Origin: Octopus vulgaris
Taxonomy: Eukaryota
Assembly (NCBI GenBank): GCA_951406725.2
Contig: OX597818.1
Span: 103,168,001 to 103,232,000 of the forward strand
DNA: 64,000 bases
Direction: 5' to 3'
Below the pieces are notes generated by a model. It did no database searches, was not told the origin of the DNA, and worked only from the letters and a program-made list of their open reading frames with translations. Positions 1 through 12,990 of the stretch are shown here, in pieces. A program made the position numbers and the translations under genes. Each line of letters starts with the position of its first letter. Position 1 is the stretch's first letter.

Positions 1-304
1 TGTGTGTGTGTGTGTCTGTGCACGGGCGCGTGCGTGCTAAGTTTGGATGAGATTCTTTGCAGAAAATGTCCATTTTATGTTTTCCATTGTTAATCATTCT
101 GAACATTTATCACAGTATGAATAAGGTTTTCATATCGATAACGAAGAAACGAACTGCTAGTATGAATATGTTTTGGGCGAATAAAAAAACGGTAGTAGAG
201 TAATACGCGTCTATAATGCCGTTGCTTGGAACAGCTGAACCACGAAAATTGCAAATTGGAAATTATCCACGAAGAATTTTACAACTTCCCTTACAGTCCC
301 ACTA

Positions 305-600
305 CTTGACGCCTTGGCAACATGGCTTCTGCTATAGCCCCGTTGACCAATGCTTTGTTCGTGTATTCGGTAGATGCCTAACTGGGGACAAGCCCTTCAT
401 GTTTATGTGTGGGAGCCTTTCTGTTTGTGTTTGATCTCCACACATACAAAAACGCCACTTGACAAACGCTGTCAGTCTGTCCAGGTGCCCTAAGTTAGTA
501 GTCTGACAAATTAAGTAAGACACTTAGAATAAGTATTAGAGGTGATTTATTCGACGAAACCCTCCAAGCCAGTACTCCAGAGCGGCCGCAGTACAGTGAC
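305..600 (+). mobile_element. Old, diverged copy of SINE group B
   Basis: Diverged match to 18475-18925 (ttctgctatagcccc, ttcggtagatgcctaactg, agaataagtattag, ctccagagcggccgcagtac). Confidence 0.6.
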
Positions 601-659
601 ATCAATTGATCAATTGCAGTGTGCGTTAATGAGAGCCATGAAATACATAGCAGTATAAA

Positions 660-915
660 ATAAATAGATGCGCCCTTTTAAAGCCGAGCCAGGCTCATGG
701 GCCCGGTTTCCCGGTTTCTGTGGCGTATGTTTTCCCCAACTGGACTGGACGCCAGTCCATCGCAGCGTTACTCATTTTTGCCAGCTGACTGGACTAGAAG
801 CACGTGAAATGAAGTGTTTTGCTCAAGAACACAACGCGTCGTGCGGTCCAGGAATCGAAACCACAATCTTACGATCATGATGCTGACATCCTAACCACTA
901 AGCCACGCGCCTACA
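660..915 (-). mobile_element. tRNA-derived SINE group A (CORE-like)
   Basis: Reverse complement has A box (tggcttagtgg), B box (gtttcgattcc) and CORE-like tgtgttcttgagcaaaacacttcatttcacg; closely similar to copies at 28681, 32140 and 51572. Confidence 0.9.
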
Positions 916-3056
916 CACATGGCAGTATAGTCCACGTATATATATCTCTGATTTTCTGGACTGAAAGCACTACAGTGGTTATGTCCCTTTGTTCTATTAA
1001 TCTAACTCATTTTTCATGATCTGCATAAATATAAAGTAATATAATCTTCCAATTCAGCGCATTGATTAGAGACCTCATGTCGAAACTCTCCGTCAGTATA
1101 TTTAATAATAATATGCTTAAATACATACAAAAAATATTGTTTTGACTTATTTACTTGTTAGTCATAATTTGAAGCAAAAACAAAATATATTTTCACCCAA
1201 TTCTTTCGTTTGCACAAAAAGGATAGACTTCCCTAATATATATTTGTATATACACATATCTGTATATATCTATATCTATCTGTATACATATATGTATATA
1301 TGTATATTGTGATATTTATTATGAATAACCAATAATCTTTCTTCGTAACTAGTAGATTACATCTTACCACCTACCAAAACAAATAATTTAATTATATATG
1401 AGTTCAACGAAAAAAGAGCCCCGAGTTTGATGGAAAACTTTTAAAATCAAATCATGTATATTGATTGCTAACTTTTGTCGATAACAGATATCAAATTTTA
1501 GATACATTTATTGAATTAAATTTCATTTCAGATAATTTTACGTGGAGAAAAAGAAGCAAAGAAAATTAAACAGTATAAGAAAGTAAAAACATAAAGGTTT
1601 TCACAGTAGCTGCATAGTATGTCGGCATCTTTACAACACATCAAATAAGAACTATTTTAGTCAAATTCACAAACTGAAAATGCAGTTATCGATCAAACAA
1701 AATTTCTGACTGCCAAAGTCTACATTTTCTGATGTTGCTTTCAAGGAATAAACTTTCATGTGACGGCATTTCTAAAAGAGGCTTTCAAAATCTTTGACGA
1801 TTATAACACCAAACACCGTTATTGGTGTATTAGAAACAGGAAATCTATATGATTGGAGTGTTAACAGAATAATATACACTTCTTAGAAACTGAAAATACA
1901 AACGCAAGCACACATACAAACACAAACAACCACACACACACAAACACGCAATTAATCCTACACGTAGTCAAAGATATATACATCCATATATCCATGTGAA
2001 TCTCACGTTGTCTGCCCCTCTCTCATTCTGTCTGTCTATCTCTCTCTTCTCTGTTTTTTTTATATATAGACATATACATTCGAGACTCTGTTCCTTTATT
2101 TATTAAATTTTCTTCTTAGTCAAATCTTGCTGTGTATCCTTAAAAAACACATACCATTTCAATATAGCTCAGAGTTAGAAAGATACAAACCTCGTGGTCA
2201 AAACGGTTCCCTTTCCATAAAGCAAGGAACTTCATAAATTATTCAGCGAGAAAAATCTAAATATATTTAGTAGACAAATAATAAAATATACTTCGTTACA
2301 TAAGCAGAGAACCCTTTAATAGAAGCAAAACAAACGGTAATTTAAGAATGCGGAATGAAAGTTAATTTAAATCAAGTTGAGTTTATTAAAGTACTACACC
2401 GACCACTGTGAATATTGTAATTTATAAATGTAATCATAGTAACAATAGCAGGTGGTAATTTCTGGATTTCATGAAAATTCAAATAACAATTTCTCTTATT
2501 ATAATATATAATTATTTCTATAAGATTATGATATACTTCCCACTATAAGTGTTAAAATACTATAATGATAATTTAAAGTTTGCTCATATAATGGTTTCGA
2601 AATTTAGCAGATGGCCAGTAGGTGCCATCGTGTAATATAACGTAATTAAGCGTATTCATATCATTCAGAAGTTATTTTACCTGCGGTTGATACTCCGATA
2701 CAAGAAATGTGTTGATTGGTTACTAGTATATAATGCGTCATTGGATTGCTGCACAGGTGCTTTCAGAGGATTTATCATTGATAAATGACAGCAATTGTTT
2801 CTGCAATTGTGTAGGACCTATCACGCTACGTTTAAAATCAGATTTACCTATATTTCCTGACGAGTTTGCGTATATAATCATTGCGTTCTCTTTCTGAACA
2901 AGGAAAATTAATGCCACCTTATAGGAGATTTTTTCTAATAATTCCATTACTTTCATAAATTTTTATCATCAGTGTAGATGTAACTTCAACAGAAACTTTG
3001 CAGAAGAGAAACGCCAGTTTGGCATATATATTTCTATAGATTGCTTTTTGGCATCA

Positions 3057-3370
3057 TGAAAACGCATAGCTCAGTGCGTCGATTTCACAATCAGGAGGTC
3101 GTGAGTTCGATTCCCGGACCGGGTTGTGTGTTGTGTTGTGTTTTGGAGCAAGACACTTTATTTCACGTTCCTGCAGTTCACTCAGTTGTACAAATGTTTT
3201 GCGACGTCACTGGTAACAAACTGCATTGGCCTTTCTCTTCGATAACACTGGTAGCGTGGAGAGGGGAGTCAAATATGCATAGGTGACTGCCGGCCTTCCA
3301 TAAAGAATCTGGCCCGGACTTGTGCCTCGAAGGATACCTATCTAGACGCAAAGACCGAAGTGGGTCTTTA
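3057..3370 (+). mobile_element. Diverged CORE-like tRNA SINE (group A relative)
   Basis: tagctcagtg A box, gagttcgattcc B box, gagcaagacactttatttcacg...cagttcactcagttgt CORE-like block. Confidence 0.7.
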
Positions 3371-4520
3371 CCATTTTTGGAACCAAGGGTAAATTATTTT
3401 CCTTACGTCTTGAATCTGTGGGTTTATTAAACATTGCTTGTACCGACTGTAACACATTTGGCAGAACAGATCCCCTTTAAAATGGAGGTAAATGTTTAGA
3501 TTTTTACTGTTAGCGTCATAAGGTTTTAGATAATGACAGGCGAAAAATAAATTGAAGCTTATATTGTCAATTTCCAACAGATTGACATGCGTTAGAGAAA
3601 CATGTGGGAATACTCATGGAAGAAGACATGGATAAGGTTACTCGATTTGGGTGAATATGTGCAGGAGGTCATAAAAATGAAAATAACATATTGAATAAAG
3701 AAATGTAAGAAGATGGAGAAATTTCGAGTCACAGAAAAGCAAGGTAGAACATTGAATATATAAGAACAGTAATTAGTAAGTATTCATTAACTATCAATGC
3801 TGATGTTCGTGTGAAATCTTGTTTAAAAATTAGAAATATTACATTTCTAAATCTCTCTGAGAGATTTATACAGTAGCAGGCACGATAAAGTGATGGTTTG
3901 TTGCCAAATTAATGTGGCAGTCACAGTAAAAGGAAGAATGCTACAGCTATTTAGCCGCAAGAAACACCGCAGTTGGCTATGTGACACAAGCGTAGTGTGT
4001 CCCTATGTTTTCAAACAGGGAAGATAAGCACCTCCCCCCAGTATTGCCAGTATAGAAAGCAGCAACTAATTCCAAGATTCACCGCACAATTTAAATAATG
4101 GATCATCCCGGTGGCCATTCGATAGCCAAACCTCTTTCAGGAGTTGTGCAATTATCGTTTAGGGTACCGTTATAGATTTTCCAACCGTATATTAAATGGA
4201 CGAAATCGCATTGAACACAAATTTTACTAACGTGATCATTTTGCTGCAGTAACTCATCTCTTCATCTTCTGCTGTGTTCTGTTACTGGGTTTTGTGCAAT
4301 TTTATTCAAAATGATGAAAGTACACATACACACACAGAGTACTGTATGGTACCCAAGTGGAGTAACATAAGAGGAAGCAGCAGAGATTGCGTCTGGGTGG
4401 ATGTGAATCAGATCATGCAAGCCCTTGAAAGGGAACGGGTAGTGCTACCATGGATTGTCCTAACTGGACAAAAACTAAGCTGTATTCATATATATTCAGA
4501 TGTATATATATGTATCACTG

Positions 4521-5393
4521 TGCTGCAGTGGTGGAAATATTAAACTCCCTGCAATCCTCCAGCCTCCAGAGCCATTGAAGAAACTGTTGTCTTCAACTGA
4601 CCAAGATTCTAAGCACTTTCAAAACAAAATTAGGCAATACAATGTTGCATAACATATGACATCATTTGGAGGCACACGAGATATAACCGAGTCAACATTC
4701 ATGCGAACATTCAAAGTCCAAGTTCAGATTTATAATCGGGTTGATTCTCTACTACCTCTGTCAAATGAATCACCACAATTCCTTCAAATATATTTTATGG
4801 GTGATTCTCAACAAGAAGGGCGAGAGAGGTGTAAGAACATTTCCGGCATCTTGATGAACATTGTAGTGTCTCTGCAAAAGATGCTGTATAACAACAACGA
4901 TCTTACGAGAAGCTTCAAGACTGCGCTTGAAACAATTCCATCTGACTCCATAGATTACAAGGTGGTTATCAGGTCAGACAAGAAACCATCTGGTCAACAT
5001 GGGGGGGGACGTTTAATGCGCCGACAGTAAATGAAATAGTTGTGCTTCTGGTTGGGCAAGAACATGACAAGCGTGACATTGTCCTCCATCTCAGAGACAA
5101 CACTCTGACATACACAGAATATCTTCATTCCAAGGATACTTCTCATCTCAAATGATCTCCCCTTTCAGTTCAGGAAACTGCAGTTTCCTGTCAAACTTAA
5201 TTTTGCACTTTCTATCAACAAAGCATAAGGTCAGTCTCTAAAGGTGGTGGGACTTAACCTCCTTCAACCTTGCTTCTCACGTAGTCAGCTGTATGTTGGA
5301 TGTTCTAGAGTTGGAGACGAAAAGAATCTCTACATTCCCAGTGATAAACATGGGAAGACAGAAAGCATAGTATATGAAGAAGCACTGACATGA
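4521..5393 (+). pseudogene. Helitron RepHel pseudogene: N-terminal region fused to PIF1-type helicase C-terminus
   Basis: CCSGGNIKLP..PPEPLKKLL..SKHFQNKIRQYN..MTSFG..TFKVQVQIYNRVDSLLP..PQFLQIYF, then FNAPTVNEIV..RDIVL; after ~5115 IFIPRI..LPFQFRKLQFPVKLNFALSINKA*GQSL..QLYVGCSRV. Contains stops and frameshifts. Confidence 0.92.
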
Positions 5394-5504
5394 ATAGAAG
5401 GTCCATTGAGCGTTAAAGTAAATATTACTTTTACACTTTTCGATTGACACGCGGGAATGTATATCTGTGTGTGTAAAAGTGAAACAATAACAGAATACAT
5501 TCGC

Positions 5505-5508
<4 letters not shown>

Positions 5509-5594
<86 letters not shown>

Positions 5595-5610
5595 GTGTGT
5601 GTGCGTGTGT
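5509..5610. repeat. (TG)n microsatellite
   Basis: Direct reading. Confidence 0.95.
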
Positions 5611-5993
5611 ATACTCATTGCTTATAATCTGTACCTGTTCTTTGGTTACGAAATAAGTTTGACTAACGTTTATTTACTTTACATACATATATGAGTTGAA
5701 AACGTTCTTTTCATATTTCACTTAACGTCTATGTTCCATGCTGTCATGGGTTGAAGAGTTATGTCGACAGTTGGTATCTCGGCAACTAGCAGTTAAGACC
5801 TGCGTAATCTAGACGGCGTTTTAAAATTTCATTATTTTCTTTAATCCGGGCAATGCCAGGTATTTCTACGAATACATATGTATAATTTGCTATGATCCTC
5901 TTTTAGCTAATCACATTCATGATTTTAGAATTACTTCTGGTATAATGGACTGTATGCCTATATTTGAGTGACAGTGAGTTATCTTATAGCTTC

Positions 5994-6595
5994 TATTTCT
6001 TTACCACCCACAAGGTGCTAAACACAGAGAGGACAAACATGTGCAGACACATGTATTAAGTCGATTATATCGATCCCAGTGCATAAATGTAACTTATTTA
6101 ATCGACCCCGAAAGGGTAAAAGGCAAAGTCGGCCTCAGCGGAATTTGAACTCAGAACATAGAGGCAGACGAAATACCTATTTCTTTACTACCCACAAGGG
6201 GCTAAACACAGAGAGGACAAACAAGGACAGAAAAACGGATTAAGTCGATTATATCGACCCCAGTGCGTAACTGGTACTTAATTTATCGACCCCGACAGGA
6301 CGAAAGGCAAAGTCGACCTCGGCGGAATTTGAACTCAGAACGTAGCGGCAGACGAAATACCTATTTCTTTACTACCCACAAGGGGCTAAACACAGAGAGG
6401 ACAAACAAGGACAAACAAAAGGATTAAGTCGATTATATCGACCCCAGTGCGTAACTGGTACTTAAATTATCGACCCCGAAAGGACGAAAGGCAAAGTCGA
6501 CCTCGGCGGAATTTGAACTCAGAACGTAACGGCAGAAGAAATACGGCTACGCATTTCGCCCGGCGTGCTAACGTTTCTGCCAGCTCGCCGCCTTA
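5994..6595 (-). mobile_element. SINE group C (Meta-domain-like) trimer
   Basis: Three ~183-bp units; tRNA-like head only on the 5'-most unit; flanked by 15-bp TSD ttatcttatagcttc (5979-5993 / 6596-6610). Confidence 0.92.
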
Positions 6596-7955
6596 TTATC
6601 TTATAGCTTCACCTTATAGACGCATCATGTTCGGGTTTTCATGAAGTTATAATTTGTAACTCTTGTGTAGAAATCCTTATACCAGAAACATCAGTAAGCG
6701 AATCAACGTCATTACTCTTATTCTTATTGTCAGTCATTTTTGAATTTATATAATGTTCTCTACTTATTTTCCGGTTCATATAAGAGTCCAAATTTTAGTA
6801 CTTGAGTACATCAGTGTTTTCACTCTACCTTGTTCATTTAGAACTATTCATTTGTTTCAATATTATTGAGTTTTCACATTTGATTAACACCTAACGTTCT
6901 GTTAACTAACCTGTATTATCTCCTTGTTTTCCATTCGTAACACGTTTTAAAATTTGACTTTACTAGGGTTTCATGATAAATTTGCTTCAATTGTTTCAAT
7001 TCTGATAATGAAATAATTATTTAAGTATATTAGCTTTAAATTTTTTTCTATCAATCTCACAATTCACAATAATATAGTGCTTAGATAATGCTTTTAATTA
7101 CATGCATTCCTATTACATTACATGTTACACCTAACAGTTTATTAATTCGTGAAATGTCAGTACACAGTTAATTCAATATAAAATATTTGTAAAAAAAATT
7201 TCTATCGGGATTTCTCTATTTACCAAAAGTAAGGAGTATGTGAAAAGAATATTAACATGCCATTGCGTGATGAAAATGTTTTAGTCAGGCATTTAAAAGG
7301 AAGAATAATTTGTTTGAAGATAGGATTATAAATCATGTCGCAAATTTGAGATGGAAAACATCTTTAATTTTTCGCCATTCAGTAAAACAAAACAAAAGAA
7401 AGCATCCAAATGGTAATGGATTATTTATTTATTTATATTTTATTGTCGGTACACTCGGTGTTGTAATGCATGAAGGATTTTTAATTAAATATATCACTTT
7501 CCTGGTGATGTGAATAATCATGAATAGTTTAATTCAACTCAAAAATGGTAGGGAGAAGCAACGCCACTGTTTCCATCGATTACAATTAAATGTGGCTTGC
7601 ACTACGTATAGGGGCTGATATTTATAGACACTGTCACGGAAACCCCGTACATGTTTTGGATACATAAAATTGCTAATTGCTTTTAGCTCACAAGAGTTTC
7701 TTTTTTTTTTAAGAATTCATGCAATAGGCGTCCCTATATATATATTTTAAATCGTGTTGTATTTAGTTAAACGCCCTTTCTTCATTCGCAGAACAAAAAC
7801 CGATACATTTAGTCATATAAGGTCTTCAGTGTAACTGTTGAACAATGCTTTACTTATAAAACACAGTTTAAATATAATCAAAACGTTTCAAGTTCCCGCT
7901 GTATTGCTAATGATTTCAATAAATGCTCACTGTATTTCGTATTTCGAGATTTTGA

Positions 7956-8083
7956 AATATTAAAAGCAATACTTACCATGTTACATAAAACTTCATAGCT
8001 TCAATTATGATTATATATATATATATAATCATAATTGAAGCTATGAAGTTTTATGTAACATGGTAAGTATTGCTTTTAATATT
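7956..8083. repeat. Perfect 128-bp palindrome centred on a short (TA)n
   Basis: aatattaaaagcaatacttaccatg...gattatatatatatatataatc...catggtaagtattgcttttaatatt. Confidence 0.95.
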
Positions 8084-8527
8084 AATGATGACCGCTAAGT
8101 GGACATTCAATATGCTAGAAGAAGATCGCCTATGATCTCACCACAAATATTATACGCATGTAATACAATTTTTCTGAATTTTCAGATTTTTCTATATGCT
8201 AAGCTGCTGGTTTTAAATTGATGTTAATTAAATTAATATTCAATTTATCTCCCTCATTATTTAGATTATATATATATATATATATATATTTAACATGAGG
8301 GTGAGAAATTAGATATTAAACTAATTAACAACGATTTCACACCAGTGGTCTAGCATATAAAAAAAACTGAAGGTTCAGTAAAATTGTATTATATACATAT
8401 TAGAGGGAAACCACTATGTGGAGACCCTTATGCTAGAAATAGATACGCTATGGTCTTCAATTAAGACCATACCGGATCTATTTCTAGTATAAGGGTGTCC
8501 ACATAGTGGTTTCCCTCAAATATGTAT
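8084..8527. mobile_element. Two head-to-head microsatellite-anchored hairpin elements
   Basis: 8160-8265 is a diverged inverted copy of 8290-8392 across (TA)n; 8393-8527 is a near-perfect hairpin. Class unknown. Confidence 0.6.
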
Positions 8528-8529
8528 GT

Positions 8530-8606
<77 letters not shown>

Positions 8607-9824
8607 ATGGCGAAATTGAAATAGAACAATTTTGTGAAGGAAAGAGGAAAACAGTCGTCGCATTATATAGAATAGAATGTATACTTTACTGAAACCGAAA
8701 GAGTAATTCCAAATTTAATTTTCCATCTCCAACTACCATTCACGCGATTATATTTTGATATATCTTGCTGATGTATACTTTCAAGTGGGTTCACATTTAT
8801 GTACGCTACTGTTGTTGTTATAGATATTATCCTTTTAGCGTGTTATCTCGCTGGTTCATGTCGTACTCTTGCGCTCATTGGTTATTTCATTTTTCATGTT
8901 GAATTCATTCGTTGATTTCATTATTGTATCTATCTTCTCTAGCTTATTATTTTACTTGTTCGAACGTAGATTATGTTTGTGCCACTATATGTTATTATAT
9001 AAGCCACTATTTTTCGATGCAGCTTTGGATTCGGTTACTCTAAATAGTTATTCCACCTGATTCGGTGTTAAGTGTATTTACTTGTCACTAAATAATATTC
9101 TGTTTGGATATTATCCCCTTGTTTTGTATTTAGTGTTTAGTGAGCTCATTATTAAATTTACGGATCGGTATTGCGACCAGTTTCTCACTACTTCGTCAGA
9201 AATCTACTCTGCAATTCAGATTAGTTTCAAAAAAGTAAATTATTCTGATGTTTGCGGCATGACATTATTTCATTCACTTTTCCTTTTCAGTAAGCACATT
9301 TGTTGCACAATTACGTTAAATGTTTTTATGTTGCACAGATGATATACTCTCGTTCTATACCAGCAAAATGTATTCACAATATACTCAATAAAAGAATGGA
9401 ATGAAAAATTAGGAACATCGAATCCGACGCTACACATAACAATTGAATAATAATATTTAGCGATATCAGACTGGAGACTCAAAAACTAATGCCATCCGGA
9501 AAAAAATGTGATACAGAAAAATCAGGCTCAATGCATAAAACAACCAACAAAGAATACTCGCTTACGAATCAACGAAATTGACAATATAATAATAATAAAG
9601 AAACCAAAATTCTTGGTTAGGACGCGAAAGCATTAATAGATACTTTACAAGAGGAAACGTGGTTCATATACCAATGAAGCAGCAACAGACAATAAATGCG
9701 GCTGTATGGTTAACCCGATGACATAAGATCGTCAGCGGGGGAAACAGTAGGTATAATCTTTTATGTAGGTGTAAATGCTCCTCTTCCCCTCTCTCTCTCT
9801 CTGTCTATATATATAAGTATATGT

Positions 9825-10282
9825 GTGTGTAAAGACACACATTTGTGTTCCCATGCGCTGCCAGAATCTCTTCCGTCTAAGCCAGAAAAAGGCCCTTTCG
9901 TTTGTTTTTCTTGTTTGTTTTCTTGTTTATTATTTTTATTTCTTGTATTGTATTTTCTTGTACATGTATTTTTATCTTGCATTTTATTTTGTAGTTTTAA
10001 TTGTATCGTTTTTACGTCCTGTTTGTGTTACATTTTTTCTTGCTTGTTATTACCCCTCTGCGAAGCAATTTTATTTTAATTCTCTCGCAGGAACGGCCAG
10101 TTTAGCGAGTCGTGTTCTGTCTTGCCTTCGAAACACGCTAGAGCCGAACTGAAGACAGCTGATGAAAGGGATTTTTCCTTGTGTAGTATGTCCTGTACTC
10201 TGTTTTTCTGTTGTAAAAAAATGGTTTTTCCGTTTTCATTTCTCGTTGAGTTCTACGTCTAGTTGTGGTGCCCTGTACTCAC
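9825..10282 (+). mobile_element. Penelope-like terminal-repeat fragment
   Basis: Diverged homologue of the reverse complement of 10400-10970 (tacccctctgcg, gagtcg..ttgccttcgaa, gacagctgatgaaaggga); bounded by TA/TG microsatellite. Confidence 0.5.
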
Positions 10283-10399
10283 GTATATATATTTATATAT
10301 GCATGTATATATACATGTAGATGTAGGTACGTATATATATGTTTGTATGTATGCATATATTTTATTTATTACACTATATATATATATATATATATATAT

Positions 10400-10970
10400 A
10401 GGGAGAGTTTACGAAAAAAACAAAAGACGAAGACTGGTGCTCTAGAAAACAAACAGATGTATTAGTATAACGCTCGGGAATTGAAAAAGTCTTTTACGTA
10501 TCGAGCCTGCGCTCTTCTACAGAAAGGGACATAGAAAAAACAAGGAGAGAAACAAGGAAATAAAGAGAAGGAGAGAAAAAAGGAGAGAAAAAAAGAGAGA
10601 AACAACATACAATATAAAAAAATATTCCACTTCTTCAGTTGTCCCTGTTTCAACTACTCCACGTTCGAAGGCAAGGACAAGACGCGACTCCGTTGAAACA
10701 GTCCTTTCCGCAAAGCAAATTAAATAAAATTTAGGATTTTTTGCGGAGGGATAGATGTGGTAAAAATAACAGGACATTAAGAACAAAACAATAAAGGCAA
10801 TAAAAACAATAAAAAAGGAAAAACAGTAAAAGACAGAACAACGAGAACAAAACAGCAAAAACAAACAATGCTCCTTACTGAAATATATATATAATTTATA
10901 TATAGAGGGCATTATTACACATACATGCCACACGCTAAGAGGGACATTAGTCATTTCTACCAAAAAATTT
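10400..10970 (-). mobile_element. Penelope-like terminal-repeat fragment with hammerhead remnant
   Basis: Carries a minimal hammerhead-like motif at 10491-10526 and abuts (TA)n. Confidence 0.6.
10491..10526 (-). ncRNA. Degenerate minimal type I hammerhead ribozyme
   Basis: Minus strand: cttt CTGTAGA A GAGC gcag GCTC GATAC GTA aaag; stems I and II pair; two core substitutions. Confidence 0.6.
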
Positions 10971-11053
10971 TACTAATCATACCCAATGCAATTTTTCCAA
11001 AGCTAGACATTTAAAAAATGAATTTAGTCTTGTATCACCTGTGATTTCGTACT

Positions 11054-11080
11054 TATCGCAGTTTCGACCGTACTCATCAG
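11054..11080 (-). ncRNA. Hammerhead-like core remnant
   Basis: Minus strand: CTGATGA GTACGGTC GAAAC TGCG ATA; core motifs present but stems poorly paired; next to (TA)n. Confidence 0.4.
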
Positions 11081-11119
11081 CAAGGTTAAGATTCCTTATT
11101 AAGAAGTTATCCTTAATTG

Positions 11120-11169
<50 letters not shown>

Positions 11170-11242
11170 GTATATATATTCTTCCTGAAGATTTCTCTTG
11201 AATGAAACAGTACTAGTCCTGTAGAAGCTCCTTCTATATAAT

Positions 11243-11329
<87 letters not shown>

Positions 11330-11611
11330 CAGTAAGGAGCAAATAATTCAGGAGAAAATAGTTGCGAAGATATTATTGAATATATTATTATCTAGTATAA
11401 CAATTAAAAATGATAACAGAATCAACAATATAGGCGACTGCAAGCCCCAAAATGCATTAAATAGCAGAAGGATTAACATTAATCAAAGGATATACTAAGT
11501 ATATCTACCTGCTGGAAATAACAGTCAAAGCTCTAATTTAAATCGATTGAAAGAAGAGATGTGATTGTTGTTTCCAGCAGGTAGGACACTTTGTATGTCC
11601 TTTGATTAATG

Positions 11612-11614
<3 letters not shown>
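11330..11614. mobile_element. Microsatellite-anchored hairpin element
   Basis: Inverted arms 11474-11527 / 11562-11614 containing tgctggaaataacagtcaaa; lies between (TA)n and (CA)n. Confidence 0.6.
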
Positions 11615-11648
<34 letters not shown>

Positions 11649-11731
11649 TACATACATACATATACACAAATGCCAAGGCACCTCCGTTCTTCAGTGTCTG
11701 AAATTTCTGCTGATTATTAATATAGAAAACG

Positions 11732-11814
<83 letters not shown>

Positions 11815-12201
11815 TCGAAAGCGTGAATTGAAAACCCTATTTTTTCTGCGGTTTTTAACTTAAAATGTAAAGAACTGGAAGATATGTCGCTAAAATTTTC
11901 TTTCCCGAATAAAAGAGTATGTCTGCACCCAGCCTTAATAAAAATAATAATATTTACGGCAGTAAAAGTTGCATGCATTGTGTTGAAAATAGCACAGTTA
12001 ATATTGAGGTGCATCGGAATATCAACGATAGACAAATGGCGCCAGTGGAAAGGAAATATCTAACATAATACGAATATTATTGTGATTCTATGTAATTCAA
12101 CAGCTGCCATCTTGTTGTTGCAATATAACGGAGTTTACAGATGCACTAATTATACTAGTCGCCAGAATTGAACTAAAGTATGTATTGGATTTTCCAACGA
12201 C

Positions 12202-12265
12202 TTCAAAAGGCGCTACGATTGAGCTCATTGGCTTTCAAAAGGCGCTACGATTTAGCTCATTGTCT
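12202..12265. repeat. 32-bp tandem duplication
   Basis: ttcaaaaggcgctacgatt(g/t)agctcattg twice. Confidence 0.9.
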
Positions 12266-12524
12266 TTTAAGAAGCACAAAGCAACTTATTTACAAGTTGT
12301 ATCCATAAGTTTAGGGCTAAGAAGATTTCCTATGAGAATAATGAGATTACGTGTCTTTTTCTAATGTGAGAAGCGATTATGAAGGCGGCAGAGCAGCATG
12401 GAATTTGTGCAATAAGAAATCGGTGGGAATATGACTGGAAATCGGAATTTTTTCCTTAACGGACAGCAAATGAAATTACACTCTGTATACATCGCATTTT
12501 AAAAACGTTTATATTTTAGCATAT

Positions 12525-12670
12525 AGGCGCAGGAGTGGCCGTGTGGTAAAGAGAACGATAGAATAAGTACTAGGCTTACAAAGAATAAGTCCTGGGGTCG
12601 ATTTGGTCGACTAAAGGCGGTGCTCCAGCTTGGCCACAGTCAAATGACTGAAACAAGTAAATGAGTATGA
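12525..12670 (+). mobile_element. Internally deleted SINE group B
   Basis: Head ggcgcaggagtggccgtgtggtaa joined directly to the 3' part ending caaatgactgaaacaagtaa. Confidence 0.85.
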
Positions 12671-12854
12671 GTATACGGATATGTTCCGAACGCACTAGAG
12701 AGTCACTTCTTATATTTTAACATATAACCCTAGGTCTAAATTCTTGTCTATCGTTCTTCATCCATTTTATTTATAAACTGGACCTAATTAGTTTTAACAC
12801 ACATTTATATTTATGATATATATCTTTACAACTTATAAATTATGATATATACTT

Positions 12855-12990
12855 TTATTCTTTTATTCTTTTACTTGTTTCAGTTATTTGACTGCGGCCA
12901 TGCTTGACCAAGGTGCCACACACTGGGACTGAACCCGGAACTGTGTGGTTGGGAAGCAAGGTTCTTACCACCCCACCACGCCTGCGCCTA
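12855..12990 (-). mobile_element. Internally deleted SINE group B
   Basis: Full tRNA-like head joined to the tail catggccgcagtcaaataactgaaacaag. Confidence 0.85.

Larger units (their letters stand above)
4040..5872 (+). mobile_element. Internally deleted Helitron
   Basis: Contains RepHel remnants (4521-5393) and a degenerate 3' end ccgggcaatgccaggtatttctacgaat (5846-5873) matching the intact Helitron end at 57288-57315. The 5' boundary is approximate. Confidence 0.75.

Noticed and set aside
2848-2893. 46-nt minus-strand micro-exon (RERNDYIRKLVRKY)
   Set aside because: Splice signals are plausible but isolated; expected by chance in AT-rich DNA.
5994-6595. Tandem ~183-bp units as a CRISPR array or hammerhead retrozyme
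   Set aside because: No unique spacers or cas genes, eukaryotic context, and no CTGANGA/GAAA core found on either strand of the unit.
10128-10172. Type II hammerhead (GAAAC...CTGATGA)
   Set aside because: Stems I and III cannot be paired convincingly.
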